From Squalus acanthias (Eukaryota), in contig JASTWF010000180.1 of NCBI GenBank assembly GCA_030390025.1, positions 310,001 through 374,000 of the forward strand: a DNA stretch of 64,000 nt, written 5' to 3'. The translations under genes and the position numbers were made by a program. The notes beneath the pieces are model-generated. The model did no database searches, had not been told where the DNA came from, and was given only the letters and a program-made list of their open reading frames with translations. Below are positions 35,216 through 49,375 of this stretch, one piece after another. Each line of letters opens with the position of its first letter. Within the stretch, counting starts at the first letter, position 1.

Positions 35216-37043
35216 CCTGTGCCGATGTGTCTGTGCCGCTCTTTGTTGATGGAAGCCAACGCACCGCTCTTTCCCCGCAGCCCTGTACCTACCTCTGCAT
35301 GAAAGATTGATGCACTTATCTCTTCAACATGCGATGATGTTGCAATCTCTCTCTGTAGCACAGCATTCCATGCTCTAATAATGATCTGCCGCCAAGACAT
35401 TTCCCCAGAGCAATCGTGCACTATGCAACAGGCAAGATAAATATATATATATGCATATAAATATTTGTTGTGTCGTACTCTACATGCAACACACAGCCCT
35501 GCCGTCACACATGCCGTTCCTCGCTTGCTTCCCTCGGTTCGTTTACTTAAGCACTGACTGCAAATATCTGAGACTTAAATTGAAACGCAGCTCGCTACGC
35601 ACGGGGGTAACGAGATATTTATCCTCACGTATGATCATTAAACAAGTGACAATTCTAGCGCAGCGAGCCAAGAGAGCACTAAATAGGTTTACCTCTACGC
35701 CAGTCCGGGAACCACTTTGAAGCGGGGTTAGTGTTGGATTACCGTAGCAAAAAGAGTCGGCACGGATACAATGGGCTGCACGGCCGACTCCCGCTCCTAT
35801 GTTCCTCGATACAATGGCCGAATGGCCGCCGGCTTTGTTTAAAACCGCTACGGATCTCTGGTAATCCTGCGGAAGGGGTACTGCTGGTCCTTGATCAGGT
35901 GAAACCGCACAATCAAAGCGGCACGCCGCAAGAATAACCTTCCTGCTACTTGTCCAGCTAGGACCCCCGTAGACCTGTCGTCCGTTGGCATGTGGAGTAA
36001 GATGGACAAATGCTGGTCTGGCCCCGAGAGGGAAACCTCTCCACACGCATTAGAACGCTGTACTTCAGATGCGGGCCTTACCAAAGCTCTATACACCTTT
36101 CATTCCACCCCTTCTTATTCCAGTCCGCGTCAGAGAGAGGCATACGGTGCATTAGCCTTAAGATTGCTTGTTTGTAAATGCTCACTGGCTTTTAGTGATT
36201 TGTCTACTTGGACTACTCTTTGCTCCTGCATAGTTTCCTAGTTTCTCGTCCATTAGAAAATATTTCCTTATGTCTTTCTTGGATCCAAAACGGATGGCCT
36301 CAGACTCCCCCGCATGGAACTCCATTTGCCACACTGTCTTGCCCACTCACTGAATCTGTCTATGTCCCTTTGTCACTTCCTGCTCGCATCTGCGCTACTT
36401 ACTGTGCCTCCCTGATCCCCGTAGACTCGCAAGCCAACCCACGAAGGAGTTCAGCGGTCCTTTGCCAGTCAATCAGCAGGACTGCTACCCTTGCTGCCCG
36501 CAGGTATTCTGTACGATTTTGCCTGCAGCCGGAGCCTAAAACCAGTTGGCCCAATTCCAGCCCTGCCGATTCTTACCTAGAGTAATCCGAAATCTAATCC
36601 CAAGGGCCCTGCTCCTTCCCCATCAATCGTAATCTTCCTCTGCTTCAAATCGTTAATCACTTTAGTTTAAGAGATGCAATGACCTCAGCCTCAATTATTC
36701 CCGTGGCAAAGCATTGCATTCAAAAAAAAACTTTATAAACTTGAAAAAATCACGCATTTCGGAGCAATCCTAATGTTTCCCTACGTCACACCAGTGACTA
36801 CACTTCAAAAGTACTTCATTGGCTGTAAAGCGCTTTGGGTCGTCCTGAGGTCGTCAAAGACGCTGCAGTAAAAAACCCGACGTCCTTCCTTTGAATCCAA
36901 CAGCAACGTACTCACGTGACCGAGAATTAGTTTTTAGCTTTAGTTCTAGGTTTGGTGCATTCAATTCGTGTTCGGCTGGTGTTGGTCTGCGCACCTTGGC
37001 CTCGTGTATAACTTGATCTATCAGGACCTACCGCGCCCTGCAG

Positions 37044-37460
37044 ATGAATGTGTTACCCGTCATTGTGCTTCTGCTAGCATGTAGGTCCAGGAACGGTGGC
37101 AAAATAACCTGGCGGCTTTTCCAATTCGCGTTGCTCCCGGAGTTTTAAACAGCTGGATTTTTTTTCACCGGTCGATGGCTCTCCGATCAGGTCCGCCAGT
37201 CCCCCGATTGGAAAACCGTCTAGGCTGTTGATTCGGTGCCGGTGGACTGCAGCTATGACACCTCCAACTTCAATACCATCCTGTGGTACAGGCAGAAATA
37301 CAGCCAGGGACCGGAGAGGATAATAAGAAAAAGGTCTGATGGCAAAGAGAGCCGAGGCCGCTTTGAATCGGATCTTTCCACGGCGGACAAACGCGGGCAA
37401 TTTACCGTTACCAGCACAGATATTTCGGATACCGCAGTTTATTACTGTGCGATGGAGCCG
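37044..37460 (+). pseudogene. V pseudogene (V5), paralog of V4; leader 37044-37080, V exon 37171-37460
   Basis: Leader MNVLPVIVLLLA with T|gtaggt donor; acceptor AG changed to CG (ttcaccg); in-frame TAG at 37221-37223 where V4 has CAG; WYRQ and DTAVYYCAM retained. Confidence 0.9.
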
Positions 37461-37499
37461 CACCCTGACAGGAAACGCGGCAGTCACTGTTCAAAAACC
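37461..37499 (+). promoter_or_regulatory. 23-RSS of V5
   Basis: CACCCTG-23 bp-TCAAAAACC. Confidence 0.85.
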
Positions 37500-37589
37500 T
37501 CGCCCCACTTTAAAATCCTGTAAAGTGTGGTGCAGACATCCGCATTTCTTTCAACTGCAGAAAAAATGCCGGCTCCTGTTCATATGCCC

Positions 37590-38350
37590 CTAGATACAAT
37601 GGGCTGAATGGCCGACTCCTGTTCCTAGATACAATGGGCTGAATGGCCGACTCCTGTTCCATGATACAATGGGATGACTGGTCGACTCCTGTTCTTAGAT
37701 AAAATGGGCTGAATGGCCGACTCCTGTTCCTAGATACAATGGGCTGAGTGGCCGGCTCCTGTTCCTAGATGCAATAGGTTGACTGGCCGACTCATGTTCC
37801 TAGATACAATGGACTGAATGGCCTGTTCCTGTTCCTAGATGCAATAGGTTGACTGGCCGACTCCTGTTCCTAGATAGAATGTGATGAATGGCCGATTCCT
37901 GTTCCTAGTTACAATGGGCTGACTGGCCGACTCCTGTTCCTAGACACAATGGGCTGACTGGCCGACTCCTGTTCCTAGATACAATGGGCTGACTGGCTGA
38001 CTCCTGTTCCTAGATACAATGGGCTGACTGGCCGACTCCTGTTCCTAGATACAATGGGCTGACTGGCCGACTCCTGTTCCTAGATACAATTGGCTGACTG
38101 GCCGACTCCTGTTCCTAGATACAATGGGCTGACTGGCCGACTCCTGTTGCTAGATACAATGGGCTGACTGGCCGACTCCTGTTCCTAGATACAATGGCCT
38201 GAATGGCCTGTTCATGTTCCTAGATACAATGAGCAGAAGCGCCGACTCCTGTGCCTATATTCCTAGATATATTGGGCTGAATAGCCGAATGCAATTCTTA
38301 TGCTCCTAGATACAGTGGACTGAATGGCCGACTCCTGTTCCCATGTTCCT
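37590..38350. repeat. 35-bp minisatellite (tagatacaatgggctgactggccgactcctgttcc)
   Basis: About 20 tandem units; resembles the CR1 3' tail gggccgaatggcctactcctgctcct. Confidence 0.92.
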
Positions 38351-38364
38351 AGAAACAATGAGGG

Positions 38365-40155
38365 AAAAACCTACTTGACCTCGTCCTCACCAATCTGCCT
38401 GTCGCAGATGCATCTGTCCATGACAGTATTGGTTGTAGTGACCACCGCACAGTCATCGTGGAGTCGAAGTCACGCCTTCACACTGAGGACACCCTCCATC
38501 GTTTTGTGTGGCACTACCACTGTGCTAAATGGGATAGATTCAGAACAGATCTAGCAGATCAAAACTGGTCATCCATGAGGCGCCGTGGGCCATCAGCAGC
38601 AGCAGAATTGTATTCCATCACAATCTGTAACCTCATGGCCCGGCATATCCCTCACTCTAGCATTACCATCAAGCCAGGCGACCAACCCTGGTTCAAGGAG
38701 GAGTGTAGAAGAGCATGCCAGGAGCAGCACCAGGCGTACCTAAAAATAAATTAGGTGCAAATCTGCGGAAGTTGCAACACAGGACACATGCACGCTAACA
38801 GCAGCTTGGTATAGACAGAGCTAAGCGATCCACAATCAACGGATCAGATCAAAGCTCTGCAGTCCTGCAACATCCAGTCGTGAATAGTGGTGGACAATTG
38901 AACAACTAACGGGAGGAGGAGGTTCCATTAATATCCTCAGCCTCAATGATGGTGGAGCCCAGCATGCGAGTGCAAAACATAAGACTTAAGCGTTTGCAAC
39001 CGTCATCAGCCAGAAGTGCCGAGTGGATGATCCATATCAACCTAGTCCCGAGGTCCCCACCATCACAGAAGCCCGTGTTCAGCAAATTCGATTCACTCCA
39101 CGTGATATCAAGAAACGGCTGTGCGCACTGAATACAGCAAAAGCTATGGGCCCCGACAACATCCCGGCTGTCGAGCTGAAGACTTGTGCTCCAGAACTAG
39201 CCGCACCTCGAGCCAAGCTGCTCCACTACAGCTACCACACTGGCATCTACCGAAAAGTGAAAAATTGCTCAGGTATGTCCTGTCCACAAAAAGCTGGACA
39301 AATCCAATCCAGCGAATTGCCGCCCCATCAGCCTACTCTCAATCATCAGCAAAGTGATGGAAGGTGTCACCGACAGTGCTATCAAGTGGCACGTACTCAC
39401 TAATAACCTGTTCATCGGTGCTCAGTTTGGGTTCCGCCAGGACCACTCGGCTCCATACCTCATTACAGCCTTGGTATAAAAATGAACAAAAGAGTTGAAT
39501 TCTGGAGGTGAGGTGAGAACGACTGTCCTTGATATAAAGTTAGCATTTGACCGAGGGTGGCATCAAGGAGCCCTAGTAAAATTGAAGTAAATGCGAATCA
39601 GGGGGAAAATTCTGCACTGGCTGCATTCATATCTAGCACAATGAAAGATGGTTGTGGTTGTCGGAGGCCAATCATCGCAACCCCAAGACATCGATGTAAG
39701 AGTCCCTCAAGGCAGTGTCCGAGGCCCAATCATCTTCAGCTGCTTCATCAATGATCTTCCCGCCAACATAAGTTCAGAAGTGGGGATGTTCGCTGATGAC
39801 TGTACAGTGTTCAGTTCCATTCTCAAATCCTCCGATAATGAAGCAGTCCGTGCCCACATGCAGCAAGACTTGGAAAGCATTCAAGCTTGGGCTGATAAAT
39901 GGCAAGTAACATTCGCGACACACAAGTGTCAGGTAATGACTATCTCCAACAGGACAAAGTCTAGCCACCTCCCCATGACATTCAACGCCATTATCATCGT
40001 CGTCTCCCCACCATCAACATACTGGGAGTCACCATTGAACAGAAACTTAAAAGAACAAAGCAGTCCGATTGGCACTCCATCCAACACCTGAAAGATTCAC
40101 TCCCTTCACCACCGGTGCAACGTGTCTGCAGTATTTACCATCTACAAGATGCACT
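38365..40155 (+). mobile_element. Second LINE family ORF2 fragment
   Basis: KAMGPDNIP, VPQGSV.GPIIFSCFINDL, MFADDCT. Confidence 0.88.
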
Positions 40156-40156
40156 A

Positions 40157-41525
40157 AGAACATAACAACATAAGAAATAGGAGCAGGAGTAGGCCATTCG
40201 GCTGATCTTCTGCCTCAACTCCATTCACCGGCACTATCGCCATATCCCTTGATGCCCTTACTAGTCAGAAATCTGTCGACTTCTGTTTTGAATATACCCA
40301 ATGACTGAGCCTCCACTGCCCTCTGGGGTAGAGAATTCCAAAGATTCACCACCCTCTGTGTGAAGAAATTTCTTCTCATCTCAGTCCTGAATGGCTATGG
40401 CCCCTGGTTCTAGACTCCCCAGCCAAGGGAAACATTCTCCCAGCATCCACCCTATCAAGCCCTGTAATAATTTTGCATGCTTCAATGAGATAGCCTCTCA
40501 CTCTTCTGAATTCAAGAGAATACAGGCCTAGTTTACTCCATCTCTTCTCATACGACAGTCCCGCCATCCCAGGAATCAATCTCGTGAACCTTTGTTACAC
40601 TCCCTCTATGGCAAGTATATCCTTCCTTAGGTAAGGAGACCAAAATTGTACACAGTACTCCAGGTGTGGTGTCACCAAGGCCCTATATAATTGGAGTAAG
40701 ACTTCTTTACTCCTGTATTCAAATCCTCTTGTAATGAAGGCCAGCATACCATTTGCCTTCCTAATGGCTTGCTGCACCTGCACATTCACTTTTAGTGACT
40801 CATGTACAAGGACACCCAGGTCACTTTGAGGATCTGCATTCCCCAATCTTTCACCATTTAGGAAATACTCTGCCTTTCTGTTTTTCTACCAAAGTGGATA
40901 GCTTCACATTTATCCACATTATATTCCATCTGCCATGTTCTCGCCCACTCACTGAGCCTGTCGAGATCCCCTTGAAGCCTCTTCTCATCTTCTTCACAAC
41001 TGGGGACACTGCCACCTAGTTTTGTATCATCAGTAAATTTGGAAATGTGACAATTAGTCCCCTCATCCAAATCATTCATATAGATTGTGAATAGCTGGGG
41101 CCCAAGCACCGATCCTTCCGGTACCCCATTAGTCACAGCCTGCCATCCTGTGTATGTCCTCTTGAAGTCTATCACTATCCTCCTCACTTTTCAGTATACT
41201 TCCAAGTTTTGTGTCATGTGCAAATTTTGAAATTGTGCCCTGTACACCCAAGTCTAAGTCATTACTATATATCAAGAAAAACAGTGGTCCGTGTACCGAC
41301 CCCTGGGGAATACCACAGTGTACCTTCCTCCAGTCCGATAAATAACCGTTCAGCACTTCTATGTTTCCTGTCACTTAGCCAATTTCGTATCCATGCTGCC
41401 ATTGTCCTTTTATTTGATGTGGCACTTTATCAAACTCCTTTTGGAAGTCCATGTACACCACATCAACCGTATTGCCCTCATCAACACTCTCTGTTAGCTC
41501 ATCAAAAAACTCAATCCAGTTGATC
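40157..41525 (-). mobile_element. CR1 LINE fragments
   Basis: VPEGSVLGPQLF, KFTDDTKLGG, LEYCVQFWSP on minus strand. Confidence 0.85.
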
Positions 41526-42364
41526 ATCATCCTACTTTCATTCCCATCATCTTTTATATATTCCAATATATATAATTTCTTAATTATCACATCTTTGCTC
41601 TCTCAAATCGTGCACTCAAATGATTCCCTGTGTCAGGCTTATAAGTATGTAATCGACAAAACCGTCATTTGACACACGATCCAGGATTTCTGCCTGTGAT
41701 ATGACCAATCACAATTAAAAACAGAGATCGTGGTTGCATACAGGAACCGGAATGGACTCGCCCGCTGAGTGATCAAACCAATCAGAATTCAGAAAAAGAA
41801 AGGTGGGCCACCGGCTCATTTGCAGGAACAAGTGAGGCCAATGTTACAATGAAAGTTTAATTGAGAAAGTTGAGTGTTGATGAAAAAAACATTGGTTGCT
41901 TCTCATAGTCATTCAGTCTCCAAGTATAATGTGCGTGTAATTATTCAATATGGATTCAGTCACGTAACGGATACCATTTGCAGCATTTAATGCATTGATC
42001 AATAGTGGATTTAAAAGGGGTTCAGTTCTCTCTTACATCAGCACTTTTCACTGTTTATCGAACCGTTGCCCAAAAGCAAAGAAAGACTCACAGTTATATA
42101 GCGCCGTTCACGACCTCGGTATATTCTAAAGCGCTTTTCAGCCAATGAAGTACTTTTTTGAAGAGTACTCACTCCTGGAATGTAAGAAACGCGGCAGCCA
42201 ATTGCCGCACAGCAGGATCCACAAACAGCAATGTCATCAATTGTTTTCAGCTGTTGGTTAAGGGATAAATATTGCCCAGGATCCTAGAGAACTCCCTTGG
42301 TCTTCTTCCAATAGCGCCATGAGATAATTACGCCAAAACGAGAGGACAGACGGGGCCTCGGTTA

Positions 42365-44830
42365 AAGAACATAAGAACATAAGAAATAGGAGCAAGAGTA
42401 GGTCATTCGGCCCTTCGAGCCCGCTCCGCCATTCAATGAGATCATGGCTGATCTTCTGCCTCAACTCCATTACCGGCCCTATCGCCATGTCCCTTGATGC
42501 CCTTACTAGTCAGAAATCTATCGACTTCTGTTTTGAATATACCCAATGACTGAGCCTCCACAGCCATCTGGTAGAGAATTCCAAAGATTCATCACCCTCT
42601 GTGTGAAGAAATTTCTTCTCATCTCAGTCCTGAATAGCCTACCCTTTATCCTGAGGCTGTGGCCCCTGGTTCTAGACTGCCCAGATAAGGGAAACATTCT
42701 CCCAGCATCCACCCTATCAAGCCCTGTAATAATTTTGTATGCTTCAATGAGATCCCCTCTCGTTCTTCTGAATTCAAGAAAATACAGGCCTAGTTTACTC
42801 AATCTCTTTACATACGACAGTCCCACCATCCCAGGAATCAATCTCGTGAACCTTCGTTGCACTCCCTCTATGGCAAGTATATCCTTCCTTAGGTAAGGAG
42901 ACCAAAATTGTACACATTACTCTAGGTGTGGTCTCACCAAGGCCCTATATAATTGGAGTAAGATTTCTTTACTCCTGTACTCAAATCCTCTTGTAATGAA
43001 GGCCAGCATACCATTTGCCTTCCTAATGGCTTGCTGCACCAGCACATTCACTTTTAGTAACTCATGTACAAGGACACCCAGTACCCTTTGAGCATCTGCA
43101 TTCCCAATCTTTCACCATTTAGGAAACACTCTGCCTTTCTGTTTTTTCTGCCAAAGTGGATAACTTCACATTTATCCACATTATATTCCATCTGCCATGT
43201 TCTCGCCCACTCACTGAGCCTGTCGAGATCCCCTTGAAGCCTTTTCACATGCTCTTCGCAACTGACACTGCCAGCTAGCTTTGTGTCATCAGCAAATTTG
43301 GAAAGGTTACTTTTAGTCCCCTCATCCAAATCATTGATATAGATTGTGAATAGCTGGGGCCCAAGCATCGATCCTTGCGGTACCCCACTAGTCACAACCT
43401 GCCATCCTGAAAAAGACCAGTTTATTCCTACTCTTTGTTTTCTGTCTGTTAACCAATTCTCAATCCATGCTAATATATTAACCCCAGTTCCATGTGCCAT
43501 AATTTTGTTCACCAACCTCTTGTGTGGGACCTCATCGAAGGCCTTCTGAAAATCCAAATACACCACATCTACCGGTTCCCCTTTGTCTACTCCAATAGTT
43601 ACTTCCTCAAAGAACTCCAATAGGTTTGTCAAACAGGATTTCCCTTTCATAAATCCATGTTGACTCTGCCCAATCTTACTATTAGTTTCTAAGTGCCCAG
43701 TTATTGCATCCTTTGTATTAGATTCCAGAATTTTCCCAACTACTGATGGAAGGCTAACAGGTCTGTAGTTTACCGTTTTCTCTCTCCCTCCTTTCTTAAA
43801 TAGCGCGGTTACATTTGCTATCCTCCAATCTGCAGGAACCGTTCCAGAATCTATAGAATTTTGGAAGATGACAACCAATGCGTCCACTATTCCAATGGCC
43901 ACCTCTTTCAAAACACTGTGGCAACTCGCCAAGGCTTCTTCGGCAGCATCTCTCAAACCCGCGACCTCTATCACCTAGAAGGAAAAGGGCAGCAGGTGCA
44001 TGGGAACACCACCACCTCCAATTTCCCTTGCAAGTCACACTCCGTCCTGACTTGGAAATATATCGCCGATCCTTCATCATCGCTGGGTCAAAATCCTGGA
44101 ACTCCCTCTGTAAGAGCGCTAAGGGGCTGCTTTCACCACACGGACTAGAGTTGTTCAAATAAGGTGGCTCACCACCACCTTCTCAAGGGCATTTAAGTGT
44201 GGGAATAAATGCTGGCATTGCCAGCGACGCCAACATCCCAGGAATGAATAGCAAACAAATACAATATCTACAACACAGAAGGATGTCATTTGGCCCGTCG
44301 TGCCTGGGCTCTGACAGAGAGATGTCCAATTTCGTCCCGCACTCCAGCCTTTTCCCCATAACCCTGCAAATTAGTCCTCTTCAAGTACATGTCCAGTTGC
44401 CTTTTGAAATTTCCCATAGAATCTGAATCCACTAGCCTTTCAGATAGTGCGTACCAGATCTTAACAACCTTCTGATTGAAACCATTTTACCACATGTCCC
44501 CTCCAGTTATTTGCAAATTATTTTAAATCGATGATATTTGAACCAACTTGCCAAGAGGAAACACTTTGTCCCTACTTGCTCTATCAAAACCCCTCATAAC
44601 TTTGAAAACCACTGTTTGATCTCCCCTTAATCTTCTCTGCTCTAAGAAGAAAAATCGCAGCTTCTACAATCTCTCCACATAACTGAAATCCCTCATCCAT
44701 GGTATCATCCTGCTAAACGTTCGCTGTACCGTCTCCAAGGCCTTGACATCCTTCGTAAAGTGTGATGCCCAGAATTGTAAACAAATCTCCAATTGAGGCC
44801 TAACCAGTGATATATAAAGGTTACGCGTGA
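42365..44830. mobile_element. Cluster: CR1 RT (minus, 42365-43915), second LINE 3' end (plus, 43915-44250), CR1 3' (minus, 44265-44830)
   Basis: SQHGFMKGKSCLTNLLEFFE, KFADDTK and characteristic tails. Confidence 0.85.
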
Positions 44831-45231
44831 CTTCATTGCTCGGCAGAGAGATAGAATCAAACGCAGATAGATAGATTCAATAAAAGTTTGACAATCCGAG
44901 GAAACAGTAGTCAATGGAGAAACTATACCTGGAGAAAGTATTATGTAATTTACGCTTTCTGATTTTAAAAGTGTATAATCTGTTTTGTTGCGCTATTTGG
45001 TTTTTAAAATCCTTTACACAGTGTCAATGAAACACTGCAACGTATATTCGACGTACACGTGCATGATTCCGATAATCTATGACCGCTTCTCGTTATTTGA
45101 TAACAGGTTATCACAAACAAGCGATTGGTGGTCAGATAATCCATTATGTGGCGCTATCACCATATGAATGCGTGTGGAAAAATAAACACCAACCAAAATC
45201 GAATCACCATATGACCATTTCAATGGGAAAG

Positions 45232-48200
45232 GTTGGTGTCTCTCTTTATCACTGTAATCAGTTTCACCTTTATCTCTCTCCCTCTTTTGGAGTCTCTCAG
45301 TATCACTCACTGTGCTCAGTCAAACCTTTATCTCTCTCTCTCTGTCGTGTCTCTCTGAATAACTGTGCTCAGTCAAACCTCTAACTCTCTCCCTCTGTTG
45401 GTGTTTCTCTATATCACTGAACTCAGTCACACCTTTATCGCTCTCCCTCTGTTGGTGTCGCTGTGCATCACTGTGCTCAGTCACACCTTTATCTATCTCC
45501 CTCTGTTGGTGTCTCTCTCTATCACTGTGCTCAGTCACACCTTTATCTCTCTCCCTCTGTTGGTGTCTCTGTATCACTGAGCTCAGTTACACCTTTATCT
45601 CTCTCCCTCTGTTGGTGTCTCTCTGTATCACAGTGCTCAGTCACACCTTTATCTCTCACCATCTGTTGGTGTCTCTGTATCACTGAGCTCAGTCACACCT
45701 TTGTCTCTCTCTCTCTGTTGGTGTCTCACTATATCAGTGTGCTCAGTCACACCTTTATCTCTCTCCCTCTGTTGGTGTCTCTGTATCACTGTGCTCAGTC
45801 ACACCTTTGTCTCTCTCTCTCTGTTGGTGTCTCACTATATCAGTGTGCTCAGTCACACCTTTATCTCTCTCCCTCTGTTGGTGTCACTCTGTATCACTGT
45901 GCTCAGTTTCAACTTTATCTCCTTTCCTCTGTTGGTGTCTCTCTGTATCACTGTGCTCAGTCACACCTTTATCTCTCTCTCTCTGTTGGTGTCTCTCTGT
46001 ATCACTGTGCTCAGTCACACCTTTATCGCTCTCCCTCTGTTGGTGTCACTCTGTATCACTGTGCTCAGTTTCAACTTTATCTATCTGCCTCTGATGGTGT
46101 CACTCTGTATAACTGTACTCAGTCACACCTTAATCTCTCTCCCTATGTTGTTGTCTCTCTGTATAACTGTGCTCACTCACACCTTTATCTCTCTCCCTCT
46201 GTTGGTGTCTCTCTCTGTAACACTGTGCTCAGTCACACACTTTTCTCTCTCCCTCTGTTGGTGTCTCTCTCTGTAACACTGTGCTCAGTCACACACTTTT
46301 CTCTCTCCCTCTGTTGATGTCTCTGTATCACTGTACTCAGTCACACCTTCAGATCTGTCCCTCTGTTGGTGTCTCTCTGTTTCTCTGTGCTCAGTCACAT
46401 CTTTATCTTTCTCCCTCAAGGTGTCTCTCTGTATCACTGTGGTCAGTCACATCTTTATCTCCCTCCCTCTGTTGGTGTCTCTCTGCATCACTGTGCTCAG
46501 TCACATCTTTATCTCCCTCCCTCTGTTGGGTTCTCTCTGTATCACTGTGCTCAGTCACACCTTTATCTCTCTCCCTCTTTTGGAGTCTCTCAGTATCACT
46601 CTGCTCAGATTCAACTTTATCGCTCTCCCTCTGTTGATGTCTCTCTCTATCACTGTACTCAGTCACATCCTTATCTCTCTCCCGCTGTTGCTGTTTCTCT
46701 GTATCACTCTGCTCAGTCACACCTTTAACTCTCTCCCTCTGTTGGTGTCTCTCTGTAACACTGTAAACAGTCACAACTTTATCTCTCTCCCTCTGTTGTT
46801 GTCTCTCTGTATTACTGTGCTCAGTCACACCTTCATCTCTCTCCCTCTGTTGGTGTCTCTATTTATCACTGTGCTCAGTTACACCTTTATCTCTCTCCCT
46901 CTGTTGGTGTCTCTGTATCACTGTGCTCAATTATACCTTTATCTCCCTCCCTCTGTTGGTGTCTCTCTGTATCACTGTGCTCAGTCACCCCTTTATCTCT
47001 CTCCCTCTTTTGGAGTCTCTCAGTATCACTCTGCTCAGTTTCAACTTTATCGCTCTCCCTCTGTTGATGTCTCTCTCTATCACTGTACTCAGTCACATCT
47101 TTATCTCTATCCCTCTGTTGGTGTCTCTCTCTATCACTGTAAACAGTCACAACTTTATCTCTCTCCCTTTGTTGGTGTCTCTCTGTATCACAGTGCTCAG
47201 ACACACCTTTATCTCTCTCTCTCTGTTGGTGTCTCTCTGTATCACTGTGCTCAGTCACACCTTTATCTCTCTCTCTCTGTTGGTCTCTCTGTATCACTGT
47301 GCTCAGTCACACCTTTATCTCTCTCCCTCTGTTGATTTCTCTGTATCACTGTGCTCAGTCACACCTTTATCTCTCTCTCTCTGTTGGTGTCTCTGTATCA
47401 CTGTACTCAGTCACACCTTTATCTCTCTCCCTCTGTTGGTCTCTCTGTATCACTGTACTCAGTCACACCTTCAGTTCTGTCCCTCTGTTGGTGTCTCTCT
47501 GTATCACTGGGCTTAGTCACATCTTTATCTCTCTCCCGCTGTTGGTGTCTCTCTGTATCACTGTGCTCAGTTACACCTTTATCTCTCTCCCTCTGTTGGT
47601 TTCTGTCTGTATCACTGTGCTCACTCACACGTTTATCTCTTTCCATCTGTTGTTGTCTCTGTATCACTGTGCTCAGTCACACCTTTATCTCTCTCTCTCT
47701 GTTGGTGTCTCTCTGTATCACTGTGCTCAGTTTCACCTTTATCTATCTGCCTCTGTTGGTGTCTCTCTGTATCACTGTGCTCAGTTTCACCTTTATCTAT
47801 CTGCCTCTGTTGGTGTCTCTCTGTATCACTGTAAACAGTCACAACTTTATCTCTCTCCCTTTGTTGGTGTCTCTCTGTATCACAGTGCTCAGTCACACCT
47901 TTATCTCTCTCCCTCTGTTGGTGTCTCTCTGTATCACTGTGCTCACTCACACCTTTATCTCTCTCCCTCTGTTGGTGCCTCTCTGTATCACTTTGCTCAC
48001 TCACATCTTTATCTCTCTCCCTCTTTTGGTGTCTCTCTCTGTAGCACTGTGCTCAGTCACACCTTTATCTCTCTCCCTCTGTTGATTTCTCTGTATCACT
48101 GTGCTCAGTCACACCTTTATCTCTCTCTCTCTCTGTTGGTGTCTCTGTATCACTGTACTCAGTCACACCTTCAGTTCTGTCCCTCTGTTGGTGTCTCTCT

Positions 48201-49375
48201 GTTTCTCTGTGCTCAGTCACATCTTTATCTCTCTCCCTCAAGGTGTCTCTCTGTATCACTGGGCTTAGTCACATCTTTATCTTTCTCCCTCTGTTGGTGT
48301 CTCTCTGTATCACTGTGCTCTTTATCTCTCTCCCGCTGTTGGTGTCACTGTGCATCACTGTGCTCAGTCACACCTTTATCTCTCTCCATCTGTTGGTATC
48401 TCTCTCTATCACTTTACTCAGTCACACCTTTATCTCCCTCCCGCTGTTGCTGTTTCTCTGTATCACTCTGCTCAGTCACACCTTTAACACTCTCCCTCTG
48501 TTGGTGTCTCTCTGTAACACTGTGCTCAGTCACACCTTTATCTCTCTCCCTCTGTTGGTGTCTCTCTCTATCACTTTACTCAGTCACACCTTTATCTCTC
48601 TCCCTCTGTTGGTGTCTCTCTCTATCACTGTACTCAGTCACACCTTTATCTCTCTCCATTTGTTGGTGTCTCTCTCTATCACTGTGCTCAGTCACTCCTT
48701 TATCTCTCTCCCTCTGTTGGTGTCTCTCAGTATCACTGTGCTCAGTTTCAACTTTATCTCTCTCCCTCTGTTGGTGTCTCTCTGTCTCACTGTGCTCAGT
48801 CACTCCTTTATCGCTCTCCCTCTGTTGGTGTCTCTCAGTATCACTGTGCTCAGTTTCAACTTTATCTCTCTCCCTTTGTTGGTGTCTCTCTGTATCACTG
48901 TGCTCAGTCACACAATTATCTCTCTCCCTCTGTTGGTGTCTCTCTGAATCAGTGTGCTCAGTTTCACCTTTATCTATCTCCCTTTTATTGGTGTCACTCT
49001 GTATCACTGTACTCAGTCACACCTTTATCTATCTCCCTCTGTTGGTGTCTCTCTGTATCACTGTGCTCAGTTTGAACTTTATCTCTCTCCCTCTATTGTT
49101 GTCACTCTGTATCGCTGTACTCAGTCACACCTTTTCTCTCTCCGTCTGTTGGTGTCTCTCTGTATCACTGTGCTCAGTCACTCCTTTATCTCTCTATCGA
49201 TTGGTGTCACTCTGTATCACTGTGCTCAGTCACACCTTTATCTCTCTCCCTCTGTTGGTTTCTCTCTGTATCACTGTGCTCACTCACACCTTTATCTCAC
49301 TGCCTTTGTTGGTATCTCTCTGTATCACTGTACTCAGTCACACCGTTATCTATCTCCCCCTGTTGTTATCTGTGT
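45232..49375. repeat. 52-54-bp satellite, array 2 (same monomer and orientation as array 1)
   Basis: About 75-80 monomers estimated from length, somewhat more diverged than array 1. Confidence 0.97.
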
